From an uncultured Chloroflexia bacterium (GTDB lineage Bacteria; Chloroflexota; Limnocylindria; Limnocylindrales; CSP1-4): a stretch of DNA of 64,000 bases. The notes below the pieces were generated by a model. It did not search any database and was not told where the DNA came from. It was given only the letters and a program-made list of their open reading frames with translations. This document shows, one piece after another, positions 31,818-42,528 of this stretch. Position numbers and translations under genes: made by a program. Each line of letters starts with the position of its first letter. Within the stretch, counting starts at the first letter, position 1. The stretch is from NCBI GenBank assembly GCA_963772565.1, contig CAVYXU010000033.1, forward strand, positions 5,323 to 69,322, written 5' to 3'.

Positions 31818-33188
31818 ATGACCACCGAACGTGTCGCCCAACCCGCCCCGACGCTCAGCCGCGAGAAGCAGCGGGCGTTGTACCGCCGGGCCAGCAAGGC
31901 GATGCCGGGCGGTGCCAACTCGAACTTCCGAGCGTGGGGCGACGACACGGTCTACGTCGACCGCGGCAAGGGCGGCAACGTCTGGGACCTCGATGGCAAC
32001 GAGTACATCGACCTGCGGATGGGCTACGGGCCCGTGGTCCTCGGGCACGGCGACGACCGGGTCGATGACTACGTCAACGAGCGGATGCGGCTGGGTGTCA
32101 GCTTCTCGCTGACCAGCGAGGACGAGATCCGGGCGGTGGAGCTGGTCAAGGAGCTCACCGGCTGGGTCGACAAGGCGCGGATGACGGTATCCGGCACCGA
32201 GGCGACGATGCATGCGATGCGGGTTGCCCGCGCATACACGGGCCGCAACAAGATCGTGAAGTTCGAGGGCCAGTATCACGGCGTCCATGACTACGCCCTG
32301 ATCAGCGTCGCGCCCAATGACATGGCCGAGCTCGGCGACGCGGACAATCCGGTCGGTCTCGCCTGGGGCCGCGGCATCCCCGAGGCGGTCGCAGCCACGA
32401 TCATTCCGGCCCGCTACAACGACATCGATGCCCTGCGCCGATTGTTCGAGCGCGACGACGACATCGCGGCGATCATCGTCGAGCCGGTCCTTGGCAACGC
32501 CCAGGGGATCATGCCCAAGCCGGGCTTCCACAAGGCCATGCGCGCGCTGACCGAGGAGTTCGGGATCCTGCTGATCTTCGACGAGGTCAAGACCGGCTTC
32601 CGCTTCGCCCGGGGCGGCGCGGCCGAGTATTTCGGGATCAGGCCGGACCTGGCCACGTACGCGAAGGCGATGGGCAACGGCTATCCCGCGGCCGCGTTCG
32701 GCGGTCGCGAGGAGATCATGGCGATGCTGCCGTCCAAGGTCAGTCACGGGGGGACCTATGCGGGCAACCGCGTGGCCGCGGCGGCCGCCGTGAAGACCCT
32801 GGAGATCATTCGCGACACCGATGCCCTGGCCACGATCGAGGCCACCGGTCTCGAGATGCAGCGCGGGATCCGCGCACTGCTCGATGCGCGCGGCCTCGCG
32901 TACCAGATCACCGGCCATCCCTCCATGTTCGGGATCATGTTCACGGACATCGTGCCCAGCGAGTACCGCGACTGGGCCGATACCGACCACGAGCTGTACG
33001 ACGCGATCGCGATCGGGATGCACGCCCGGGGCGCCATGCCGGAGCCCGACAGTCGCGAGCCCTGGTTCGTATGCGAGGCGCATTCGCAGGGCGACACGGT
33101 GGACCGCGTGGTCACGATCTTCGGAGCCTCGCTGGACGCCGCGCTCGATGCGCGCGCGCACGGCGAGCTCGACGTCCCGGCGCTCTGA
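31818..33188 (+). CDS. Class III aminotransferase (HemL/GSA-aminomutase-like)
   Basis: SGTEATM, KFEGQYHG, IFDEVKTGFR, YAKAMGNG (PLP Lys), GTYAGN. Confidence 0.88.
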   Translation: MTTERVAQPAPTLSREKQRALYRRASKAMPGGANSNFRAWGDDTVYVDRGKGGNVWDLDGNEYIDLRMGYGPVVLGHGDDRVDDYVNERMRLGVSFSLTSEDEIRAVELVKELTGWVDKARMTVSGTEATMHAMRVARAYTGRNKIVKFEGQYHGVHDYALISVAPNDMAELGDADNPVGLAWGRGIPEAVAATIIPARYNDIDALRRLFERDDDIAAIIVEPVLGNAQGIMPKPGFHKAMRALTEEFGILLIFDEVKTGFRFARGGAAEYFGIRPDLATYAKAMGNGYPAAAFGGREEIMAMLPSKVSHGGTYAGNRVAAAAAVKTLEIIRDTDALATIEATGLEMQRGIRALLDARGLAYQITGHPSMFGIMFTDIVPSEYRDWADTDHELYDAIAIGMHARGAMPEPDSREPWFVCEAHSQGDTVDRVVTIFGASLDAALDARAHGELDVPAL

Positions 33189-33212
33189 GCTCCGTCACCA
33201 AAGGGGACCTGG

Positions 33213-33983
33213 ATGACGCTCGACGGGAACGCCGTCCGATCGGTCGATCGGGCTGCCGCCCTCATGCTTGCTCTCGGGGACAGCCACGGCGAGGCCGGCG
33301 TGACCGAGCTCGCGCGGCGTCTCGGGCTGCACAAGTCCACCGCGTCCCGCCTGCTGGCCACGCTGGAGAAGCGCGGGCTCGTGGAGCAGGACGAGGAGAC
33401 CGGCAAGTACCGCCTGGGCCTGGTGGTGATCCGGCTCGCGGAGCGGGCCGAGCGAACGCTCGACCTGCGATCGATCGCGATGCCCGAGCTCGACCGTCTC
33501 GCGCGAGCCACACGCGAGACCAGCGGCCTCGGCGTCCTCGACGGCGACCAGATGCTGACGGTGGCACAGGCGGACGGACCCAACCTGGTCGCGATGGGGG
33601 ACTGGACCGGCCGATGCGTGCCGGTCCACTCGGTTGCGGCGGGCAAGGTGCTGCTGGCGTCCCTGCCGGAGCGCGAGGTGCTTCGGCTCGTCCGGCGCGG
33701 CCTGGACCGGTTCACCGATCGGACGCTCACCCAGCTGGAGCCGTTGCTCGAGGAGCTGGCACGCGTCCGCCGCCGCGGCTACGCGGCGGCGTTCGGCGAG
33801 TACGACACCGGACTGAACGCGGTGGCCGCCCCGGTGCACGATGCGCGGGGGCAGGTGATCGCCGCCGTCGATGTCTGGGGCCCGGCGTTCCGCGTCACGC
33901 CGCGCCGCATCCCGGAGCTGGTGCAGCAGGTGCGCGAGACGGCCGCAGCCGTGTCCGTCCGACTCGGCGGTACGCCGGCCTGA
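33213..33983 (+). CDS. IclR family transcriptional regulator
   Basis: VRSVDRA, HTH LHKSTASRLLATL, HSVAAGKVLLA, RRGYA. Confidence 0.93.
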   Translation: MTLDGNAVRSVDRAAALMLALGDSHGEAGVTELARRLGLHKSTASRLLATLEKRGLVEQDEETGKYRLGLVVIRLAERAERTLDLRSIAMPELDRLARATRETSGLGVLDGDQMLTVAQADGPNLVAMGDWTGRCVPVHSVAAGKVLLASLPEREVLRLVRRGLDRFTDRTLTQLEPLLEELARVRRRGYAAAFGEYDTGLNAVAAPVHDARGQVIAAVDVWGPAFRVTPRRIPELVQQVRETAAAVSVRLGGTPA

Positions 33984-34017
33984 CCACCCGCCGGCCTTGG
34001 CGCTAGGCTTGGCGACC

Positions 34018-34983
34018 ATGAACATACCCGCCGACCTCCAGGACAGCCTCCTTTCGGTGCTCCTGCACCCGGTCCTCCCGATCGTCCTGATCATGGTCCT
34101 TGCCGGGATCGTGATCCGGCTGTCACACCGCCTCGTGCGCGGGATCGTCAAGACGCTGCTGGACCGCGAGGTGGCCGAGGGGACCGCGCAGGAGCTGTCC
34201 GCGGTCGAGATCCAGAAGCGGATGGACACGCTCGACGCCCTGGGCGCCGCGGTGATCCGGGGGTTCATCCTGGTGATCGCCCTGGTCATGATCCTGGACC
34301 AGCTCAGCCTCAACATCGGTCCTGCGATCGCCGGGCTCGGCATCCTCGGCATCGCCGTCGGGTTCGGGGCGCAGAGCCTCGTCAAGGACTACTTCAACGG
34401 GGCGTTGATCCTGATCGAGAACCAGTTCAGCGTGGGCGACGTGGTGTCGATCGCCGGCGTGTCGGGCAGCGTCGAGGACTTCAGCCTCCGCCGGACGACG
34501 CTGCGGGACCTCAGCGGCACGGTCCACACGGTGCCCAACGGAGAGATCCAGGTGGCGTCCAATCGAACCCGCGTCTGGGCCCGTATCAACGAGGACGTCG
34601 AGGTCGCCTACGGCAGCGACATGGATCACGTCATCGCGACGGTGAATGCCGTCGGCCAGGGCATGTACGACGATCCCGACTGGCGGCGCCAGCTGCTCGA
34701 GCCGCCGGCCGTCCTGCGGGTCCAGGCGCTGGGCGATTCAGGGGTGATGATCAAGGTGCTGGGCAGCGTCCGGGCGGCGGAGCAATGGGCCGTCGCCGGC
34801 GAGCTGCGTCGTCGGCTGCTGGACGCGTTCGAGGCGAATGGGATCGAGATCCCGTTCCCGCATCGGGTCGTCATCGCCCGGCCCGCGACGCCGGACCCGA
34901 TGCCCGACACGCGGGCCGGGAACGCCACTGCGGAGAAGGCCGCGAAGGACGCCGCGGAGGACGCCGAGGCGGGGGCCGGCTGA
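34018..34983 (+). CDS. Small-conductance mechanosensitive channel (YbiO-like)
   Basis: GFGAQSLVKDYFNG, ENQFSVGD, GTVHTVPNG, GIEIPFP. Confidence 0.92.
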   Translation: MNIPADLQDSLLSVLLHPVLPIVLIMVLAGIVIRLSHRLVRGIVKTLLDREVAEGTAQELSAVEIQKRMDTLDALGAAVIRGFILVIALVMILDQLSLNIGPAIAGLGILGIAVGFGAQSLVKDYFNGALILIENQFSVGDVVSIAGVSGSVEDFSLRRTTLRDLSGTVHTVPNGEIQVASNRTRVWARINEDVEVAYGSDMDHVIATVNAVGQGMYDDPDWRRQLLEPPAVLRVQALGDSGVMIKVLGSVRAAEQWAVAGELRRRLLDAFEANGIEIPFPHRVVIARPATPDPMPDTRAGNATAEKAAKDAAEDAEAGAG

Positions 34984-35047
34984 TCGCCTCCGTGCCGCCG
35001 GGGGTGCGCCGTTTAGAATGGCGCCCTGAACACAGTCAGAGGGTGCC

Positions 35048-37018
<1,971 letters not shown>

Positions 37019-37022
37019 CCGG

Positions 37023-37679
37023 GTGCCGTTCGGCTTCCTGAAGCGCAACAAGGCGGCGGACGACGTTGCCGCCGCCCCGGCCCATGCCGGGGGATCTCGC
37101 GCCGGCTCCCGGCGTGGTGTGCCGTTCATCGCGCTGACCGAGGACTGGCGGCTGTCGGGCCGGATGGAGATCTCGGGCCGGCTGTCGGACGCGCTCAACC
37201 GTCGCGAGGCGATCGCGATCACGGATGTGACCTGGGGCCCGCCGGACGGGTCGGCGCCGCTCGAGCCGGCACCGGGTCTCCAGAGCGTGGATCCGTACGA
37301 CCTGATCCTGGTGACCGCGGGCGAGGCGAGCCTGCCGCCCCTCACCGACGGCGAGCGCGCCGCGCTCAAGGTGCACAAGGTCGCCTACGACGTGGCCATC
37401 GAGGCGCCCCCGTTCCATGTCATCGGGACGGTGTACCTGCGTCCCGGATCTGAGCCCGAGAGCCTGCTCGACCGGTCGACCGAGATGTTCGTCCCCGTTG
37501 TCGCCGCGATCGCGCGGCTGGGCGACGTCGAGGTGACTGACCCCGAGGTCGAGGCGATCCTCGTCAATCGGTTCTACCTGCGCGGGGTCGAGCAGGTCGA
37601 CAGGCGCACGGGGGAGCGACACCAGAAGCTGCCGGGGCAGCCCCTGGGTGGCGTCAGCTGGCAGGACCGGTCGCGCTGA
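37023..37679 (+). CDS. Hypothetical protein, two tandem DUF6812-like beta domains
   Basis: Two similar halves: RLSGRM...RLSDALN and HVIGTVYL...ESLLDR...ILVNR. Confidence 0.6.
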   Translation: MPFGFLKRNKAADDVAAAPAHAGGSRAGSRRGVPFIALTEDWRLSGRMEISGRLSDALNRREAIAITDVTWGPPDGSAPLEPAPGLQSVDPYDLILVTAGEASLPPLTDGERAALKVHKVAYDVAIEAPPFHVIGTVYLRPGSEPESLLDRSTEMFVPVVAAIARLGDVEVTDPEVEAILVNRFYLRGVEQVDRRTGERHQKLPGQPLGGVSWQDRSR

Positions 37680-37745
37680 TATCGCTCGAGCCGCGCACGG
37701 TGACCCGAGACCGGTCGGCCGGGCGGGCCGACGTGCGGGTGGACG

Positions 37746-38975
37746 TCAGGCGCGCGCGCCGACGGTGCGACCGAACAGGCGCATCTGCGGCCTGGCCGGC
37801 TCCGGCGCGGTCACGCCCAGCATGCGGTCGGCGATGGCGTGGAAGTCCTGGGTGATCTTCTCCCGGGGCGCCATCTCGACGACCGTCTTGCCTTCGTTGG
37901 CGGCCTTGACCAGGAGCAGCCCGTCGGACCGGATCTGCGCGTAGGCCGGGATCCCGATCGCCTTCTCGAGGTCCTCGACGGACACGCCGCTGTTGGCCCG
38001 GTTGACGATCAGCTCCAGCCGCTCGCGCATGCCGAGCTCCTCGGCAACGTCGCGCAGCTGGACGACCGCACGGATCGCGGGCAGGTCGGGCGTCACGGGC
38101 ACGAGGATCCGGTCCGCGTGATCGAACAGCGCGCGGTTGAGCGGGCTGTAGGACGGATGAAGATCGATCACGACGAAGTCGACGCCGCGCCGGGCAACCG
38201 TCACGGCGGCGGCGACACGCTGCGGCTCGAGCACCTCGGTGTGGATCGGGCTGGATGTGAGCGGGAGCACCTTGAGCCCCGAGGAATGGACCGCCGCGAG
38301 CTCGTCGAACGAGAGCACGGGCCCACCGTCGAGCTCGTCGCGCCACGCGTCGACGACGGACTGGACGCCCTCCATGCCCAGCGACGTGGTCACGTGGCCG
38401 GTCACCGTGTCGGCGTCGACCAGCAGCACGCGCTTTCCCTTGGAGGTCAGCGAGGCGGCCAGGTTGGTGGCCAGGGTCGTCTTGCCGACGCCGCCCTTGG
38501 GATTGAAGATCGCGATCAGCTGGCCACGGTGGTTCCAGTCGCTCGACGCGATCGAGCTCTGCAGGACCGGTCCGCTGCCGTCGTCGACGGCCACCGACCG
38601 GATGCACATCGCCTCGACGCGCCAGCGGATGGACTCCGCGGAGTACGGACGCGTGATGTACTCGTCGTCCTCGCGACCCAGTGAGGACGTGTCGAGTCGC
38701 TCCAGGGTTGCCGCCTTGACGATCAGCAGCGCCGGGATGGGGTGCGTCGACTCCTCGAGGATGCTTCGGGCGGCGGCACCGTCCTCGGGATCGGTCTCGA
38801 GGTCGAGCACGGCAACCACCACGTCGCGGCGAGCCGCCAGCACGGCGGCGAGCTCACCGGCGTCGGCGACCGCGAGTGGCTCGAAGTTGCTGGAACGGAG
38901 CTCGGCTGCGATCGGCTCGCGCTCGCCGGCCGGGAGCATCACCGCGATGGCGGGGCGACCCGCAGATGTCGTCAT
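37746..38975 (-). CDS. Receiver-like domain plus MinD/CpaE-type ATPase
   Basis: Degenerate REC (VLDLE, YITRPY), deviant Walker A PKGGVGKTT, LLVDAD, VVIDLHP. Confidence 0.85.
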   Translation of the reverse strand: MTTSAGRPAIAVMLPAGEREPIAAELRSSNFEPLAVADAGELAAVLAARRDVVVAVLDLETDPEDGAAARSILEESTHPIPALLIVKAATLERLDTSSLGREDDEYITRPYSAESIRWRVEAMCIRSVAVDDGSGPVLQSSIASSDWNHRGQLIAIFNPKGGVGKTTLATNLAASLTSKGKRVLLVDADTVTGHVTTSLGMEGVQSVVDAWRDELDGGPVLSFDELAAVHSSGLKVLPLTSSPIHTEVLEPQRVAAAVTVARRGVDFVVIDLHPSYSPLNRALFDHADRILVPVTPDLPAIRAVVQLRDVAEELGMRERLELIVNRANSGVSVEDLEKAIGIPAYAQIRSDGLLLVKAANEGKTVVEMAPREKITQDFHAIADRMLGVTAPEPARPQMRLFGRTVGARA

Positions 38976-38979
38976 GGGG

Positions 38980-40653
38980 TCAGCCCTCCGACTCGGGGTC
39001 GCGTGCGGTGACGTTGATGACACCGTTGTCCATGTCAGTGACGCGGGCCGCGAACCCGGGCATCGTCGGGATCGTGTCGCGCAGCGACACGTCATCGCGG
39101 TGGGTGATGGCGAACACGAACTCGCCGTTCGGTCCCGAGGAGACGGTGACGCGCTGGACGCCCGGCGTCCGGCTCAGGTGCCGCTTGAAGCTGGCGATGC
39201 TGGCCACGGAGACCAGTCCCGTCACGGCGACCTGCGTATGGTGGAGCGTCGACTCGTCGATCTCCTCGCCGCCACCCGGGATCAGGCTCGCGAGCCGGTC
39301 GACGAGCGACTGGTCGAGCTCATCCGTCTCGGGCTCCGTCGCATCGGTCTCGGCGCCGCCAACCTCGAGGTCGGGCGCGATCGCGGCGAACGTGTCCTCG
39401 GCGCCCATGAGCCCGGCCTCGGCCTCGGCCTCGGCCATCGACGCGAGGTGATCGGCATCCGGCTCGACGACCGTCTCGCCCGCGACCATTGCCTCGGCCG
39501 CTGCCTCGAGCGCCGCGATCATCGCCGCGCGATCCGTGTCGTCGGCATCGGGCGTCGTGTCGGTGGCGCGGCCCGAGGGGTCGACCTCGTTCGCGCCCGC
39601 CTCGGTCGGCGTCTCGACGACGGCGACGGTCCCGCCGGGCTGCACCCAGCTCTCGTCCGCGCCCCACGGGTCGAACGCGGGGCTCGGGCTTCCGGTCTCG
39701 GCCTCGGTCGGGGTTCCGACGGCGTCGGTGTCGACGGCTTCGGCGCCATCGGCGACGGCTTCGGCCGTCGCGTCGGCATCGGCCGTGGCTTCGGCCGTCG
39801 CGTCGGCGGCCGGTGCGGGAGCATCCGCGACCTTGGCGATCGCCTCGGTCCCGGGCGTCGGATCAGCCGGCTCGTACGCCTCGACATCGAGGTCGTCGAG
39901 GTCCGCCCACGCCTCGAGGCCGGGCGGTTCGGGCATCGTCTCGGCGATGCTTGCCAGCCGCGCCGGATCCTGCTCCTTGAGCAGCCGCTCGAAGAAGGCG
40001 GCCATCTCGGCCTGGTATTCCGCGACCGTGCTCTCCACCGCCCCGACCCGTCGATCGATCGCCGCGGCATGCCCGGCGACCTCGGACTCGAGCGCCGTCT
40101 TGCGGTCAGTGATCTTGTGGTCCGTCTCCTCGCGGATGCGCGCGATCTCGGCCTTGGACCAGTCGCGGACCGACGCGATGTCGTCGTCGGCGCGCTGGCG
40201 CAGCGCGGCCGCGCCTTCGATGGATCCCGAGCGGATCTGCTCGACCACCTGGCGCGCATCGGCCTCCAGCTGGGACACGGCCTGCTCGCGGGCGGACTCC
40301 GCCGTCGTTCGCATCGCGGCGGCCAGGTCGGCGATCAGCTTGGACGGCTTCTTCGGCGGTGCCGAAATCTGGGGCTCCGCGACGCTGACGGTGTCGACCA
40401 TGGCCTGGGGCTCCTCGGGGATACGGGAGGTTGATGCGTCGGGGTCGGTTGGGGCTGCATCGGAGTCGGTCGTGTTGGGCTGCACGTCGGCATCGACCAC
40501 GGGCCAGGCTCCATCATCGGATCGCGTCCCCTGGGTGTCAGGCGTGCCTTCCGGCTCGACCGTCGCATCGGGGGACTCGGGCTGGTCGTCGTCGCGAGAT
40601 CGGTCCGAGCTCCACGGGAGCCGGAAGCCGGAGCGGGTGTCGGTTGATGCCAT
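38980..40653 (-). CDS. Hypothetical acidic coiled-coil protein with small C-terminal domain
   Basis: D/E/P/A-rich regions flank a heptad-rich segment; compact C-terminus; ends 4 bp before the ATPase start. Confidence 0.7.
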   Translation of the reverse strand: MASTDTRSGFRLPWSSDRSRDDDQPESPDATVEPEGTPDTQGTRSDDGAWPVVDADVQPNTTDSDAAPTDPDASTSRIPEEPQAMVDTVSVAEPQISAPPKKPSKLIADLAAAMRTTAESAREQAVSQLEADARQVVEQIRSGSIEGAAALRQRADDDIASVRDWSKAEIARIREETDHKITDRKTALESEVAGHAAAIDRRVGAVESTVAEYQAEMAAFFERLLKEQDPARLASIAETMPEPPGLEAWADLDDLDVEAYEPADPTPGTEAIAKVADAPAPAADATAEATADADATAEAVADGAEAVDTDAVGTPTEAETGSPSPAFDPWGADESWVQPGGTVAVVETPTEAGANEVDPSGRATDTTPDADDTDRAAMIAALEAAAEAMVAGETVVEPDADHLASMAEAEAEAGLMGAEDTFAAIAPDLEVGGAETDATEPETDELDQSLVDRLASLIPGGGEEIDESTLHHTQVAVTGLVSVASIASFKRHLSRTPGVQRVTVSSGPNGEFVFAITHRDDVSLRDTIPTMPGFAARVTDMDNGVINVTARDPESEG

Positions 40654-40880
40654 GACCGGAAGTTCCTCTGCACTCGGGCACCGAGAACCGGGCGTTGACC
40701 TGACAATAGGCGGGCCGGTGGGCTCCGGTGGAGTCGCTAGAGGTACCAGTGGGGCATCCCGGTGGTACCGGTGGGTAGGTCTGTGGCGTGGGCGCACCGC
40801 CCGGAACCGGTGATCGCGAGGGTGTGGGCTCGATCGGGCGGTCGCCGCGGCATGTGCGACAGGGCGACTACCATGACGGC

Positions 40881-41984
40881 ATGGAGCCCGTTCACGATCC
40901 CCTCGACCCAACGGCCGGCACCCCGCTCGCGCCGGCCACCGCGCCCCTGGCGTTCGACGGACGCCCAGGCATCCCGGACCGTCGAGGTCGCGCGCTGCGC
41001 GACCTCCGGATCTCGGTGACCGATCGCTGCAACTTCCGGTGCCCGTACTGCATGCCGGCCGAGGTGTTCGGCCGCGACTTCGCGTTCCTGCCGCGGGCGG
41101 AGGTGCTGTCGTTCGAGGAGATCGCGCGTCTGGCCGCCATCTTCGTCGGGCTCGGCGTCGGCAAGCTCCGGATCACCGGCGGAGAGCCCCTGGTCCGGCG
41201 CGACCTGCCGGTGCTGATCGGGCACCTGTCCGGGTTGCGGGCGGAAGGCGGCATTCCGGTCGACCTCACGTTGACCACGAACGGCTCCGCATTGCGGGCC
41301 CTGGCCGATCCGCTCGCCGAGGCCGGACTTCGGCGCGTCACCGTGAGCCTCGACTCGCTCGACGACAGGGTGTTCGGCGCGATGAACGGCGTCGACTTTC
41401 CCGTGTCGCGGGTGCTCGAGGGCATCGCCGCGGCCCGGACCGCCGGCCTCGCGCCGATCAAGGTCAACACGGTCGTCCGGCGCGGCATGAACGAAGCCTC
41501 GATCATGCCCCTCGTCCGGTGGGCGCGCGAGGAAGGGCTGGTCCTGCGGTTCATCGAGTACATGGATGTGGGGCACTCCAACGGCTGGCGGCTGGACGAC
41601 GTCGTGCCGGCGGACGAGATCCTGGCCACGATCGACGCGGAGCTGCCGCTCGAGCCGGTCCCCGCGAGCTACCGCGGCGAGGTGGCCGGGCGTTATCGGT
41701 TCCGCGACGGGTCGGGCGAGGTCGGCGTGATCGCGTCCGTGAGCGCGCCGTTCTGCGGCGACTGCACGCGAGCCCGCCTGTCCGCCGAAGGGCACCTGTA
41801 CACGTGCCTGTTCGCGGTTCATGGAACGGATCTCAAGACGCCGTTGCGAGACGGCGAGTCCGACGCCGACGTCGAGGCGCGGATCCGGGCCGTCTGGGGC
41901 GCCCGAACCGATCGGTACTCGGAGCTTCGAAGCGCTGCCACGGAATCGCTCCCGAAGGTGGAGATGTTCGCCCTGGGCGGCTAG
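40881..41984 (+). CDS. moaA: GTP 3',8-cyclase
   Basis: LRISVTDRCNFRCPYC, TGGEPL, FCGDCTRARL...CLF, C-terminal GG. Confidence 0.97.
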   Translation: MEPVHDPLDPTAGTPLAPATAPLAFDGRPGIPDRRGRALRDLRISVTDRCNFRCPYCMPAEVFGRDFAFLPRAEVLSFEEIARLAAIFVGLGVGKLRITGGEPLVRRDLPVLIGHLSGLRAEGGIPVDLTLTTNGSALRALADPLAEAGLRRVTVSLDSLDDRVFGAMNGVDFPVSRVLEGIAAARTAGLAPIKVNTVVRRGMNEASIMPLVRWAREEGLVLRFIEYMDVGHSNGWRLDDVVPADEILATIDAELPLEPVPASYRGEVAGRYRFRDGSGEVGVIASVSAPFCGDCTRARLSAEGHLYTCLFAVHGTDLKTPLRDGESDADVEARIRAVWGARTDRYSELRSAATESLPKVEMFALGG

Positions 41985-42057
41985 CCGGCGTTCGGCCGGG
42001 ATCGCATCGCGCCGCCGCGGTGCCCGCGGCGGCGCCGCGACGCGCGAGGGTGCGCGC

Positions 42058-42166
42058 TCGTCCACAGGTCGTCCACAGGCCGGGGAAACTGGTGGATGAT
42101 CGGCCACCGGCCGGCCCGTGGTTCGTGGACAACCCGCTTGGACGCCGTCCGCCGCGCCCGTAATGT
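42058..42166 (+). promoter_or_regulatory. DnaA-box-like cluster plus sigma70-type promoter
   Basis: TCGTCCACA at 42058 and 42069; reverse-strand boxes at 42091-42099 and 42124-42132; TTGGAC(42138)-17 bp-TAATGT(42161). Confidence 0.6.
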
Positions 42167-42171
42167 GGGTC

Positions 42172-42420
42172 CTGCCCGAAGGGGCCGATGGAGGCCCGGA
42201 ACGGAGGCGATCGCCTCAAGCCCGTTCCACCCGGCCGGCTGAGATCACCTCAAGGCCACGCCGGCGTCTGGTCCGCGATCACATCAAGGATCGACGCTCT
42301 CCGGTCGCTTCGGGCGCTTCGTTGCCAGCGTCGGCAGCCCGCAAGGGCAGTCGCGGTGGGCGCCCGGAAGGACGTGACCGGCATCCCGGTGTCGGTACTC
42401 CCTCCGGGCGTCGAAGTTTC
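42172..42420 (+). ncRNA. Candidate novel structured ncRNA with three 34-nt-spaced GAUCRCMUCAAG hairpins
   Basis: Own promoter, about seven hairpins including a GCAA tetraloop, periodic 12-mer at 42209, 42243 and 42277. Confidence 0.6.
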
Positions 42421-42528
42421 CGGCACTCGAATCGGTCATCGCGTCGTGTGCGACCGTGCGGGGTGGGCGCCCGGCGGCGGGTGCCCGGGTCAGGCCCGCC
42501 CGGCGCTGCGCAGGCTATCCTGCCCCCC

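Noticed and set aside
42209-42288. Mini-CRISPR interpretation of the 34-nt periodic repeats
   Set aside because: Repeats are only 12-14 nt, spacers are 22 nt and pair around the motif, and no cas genes are in the window.
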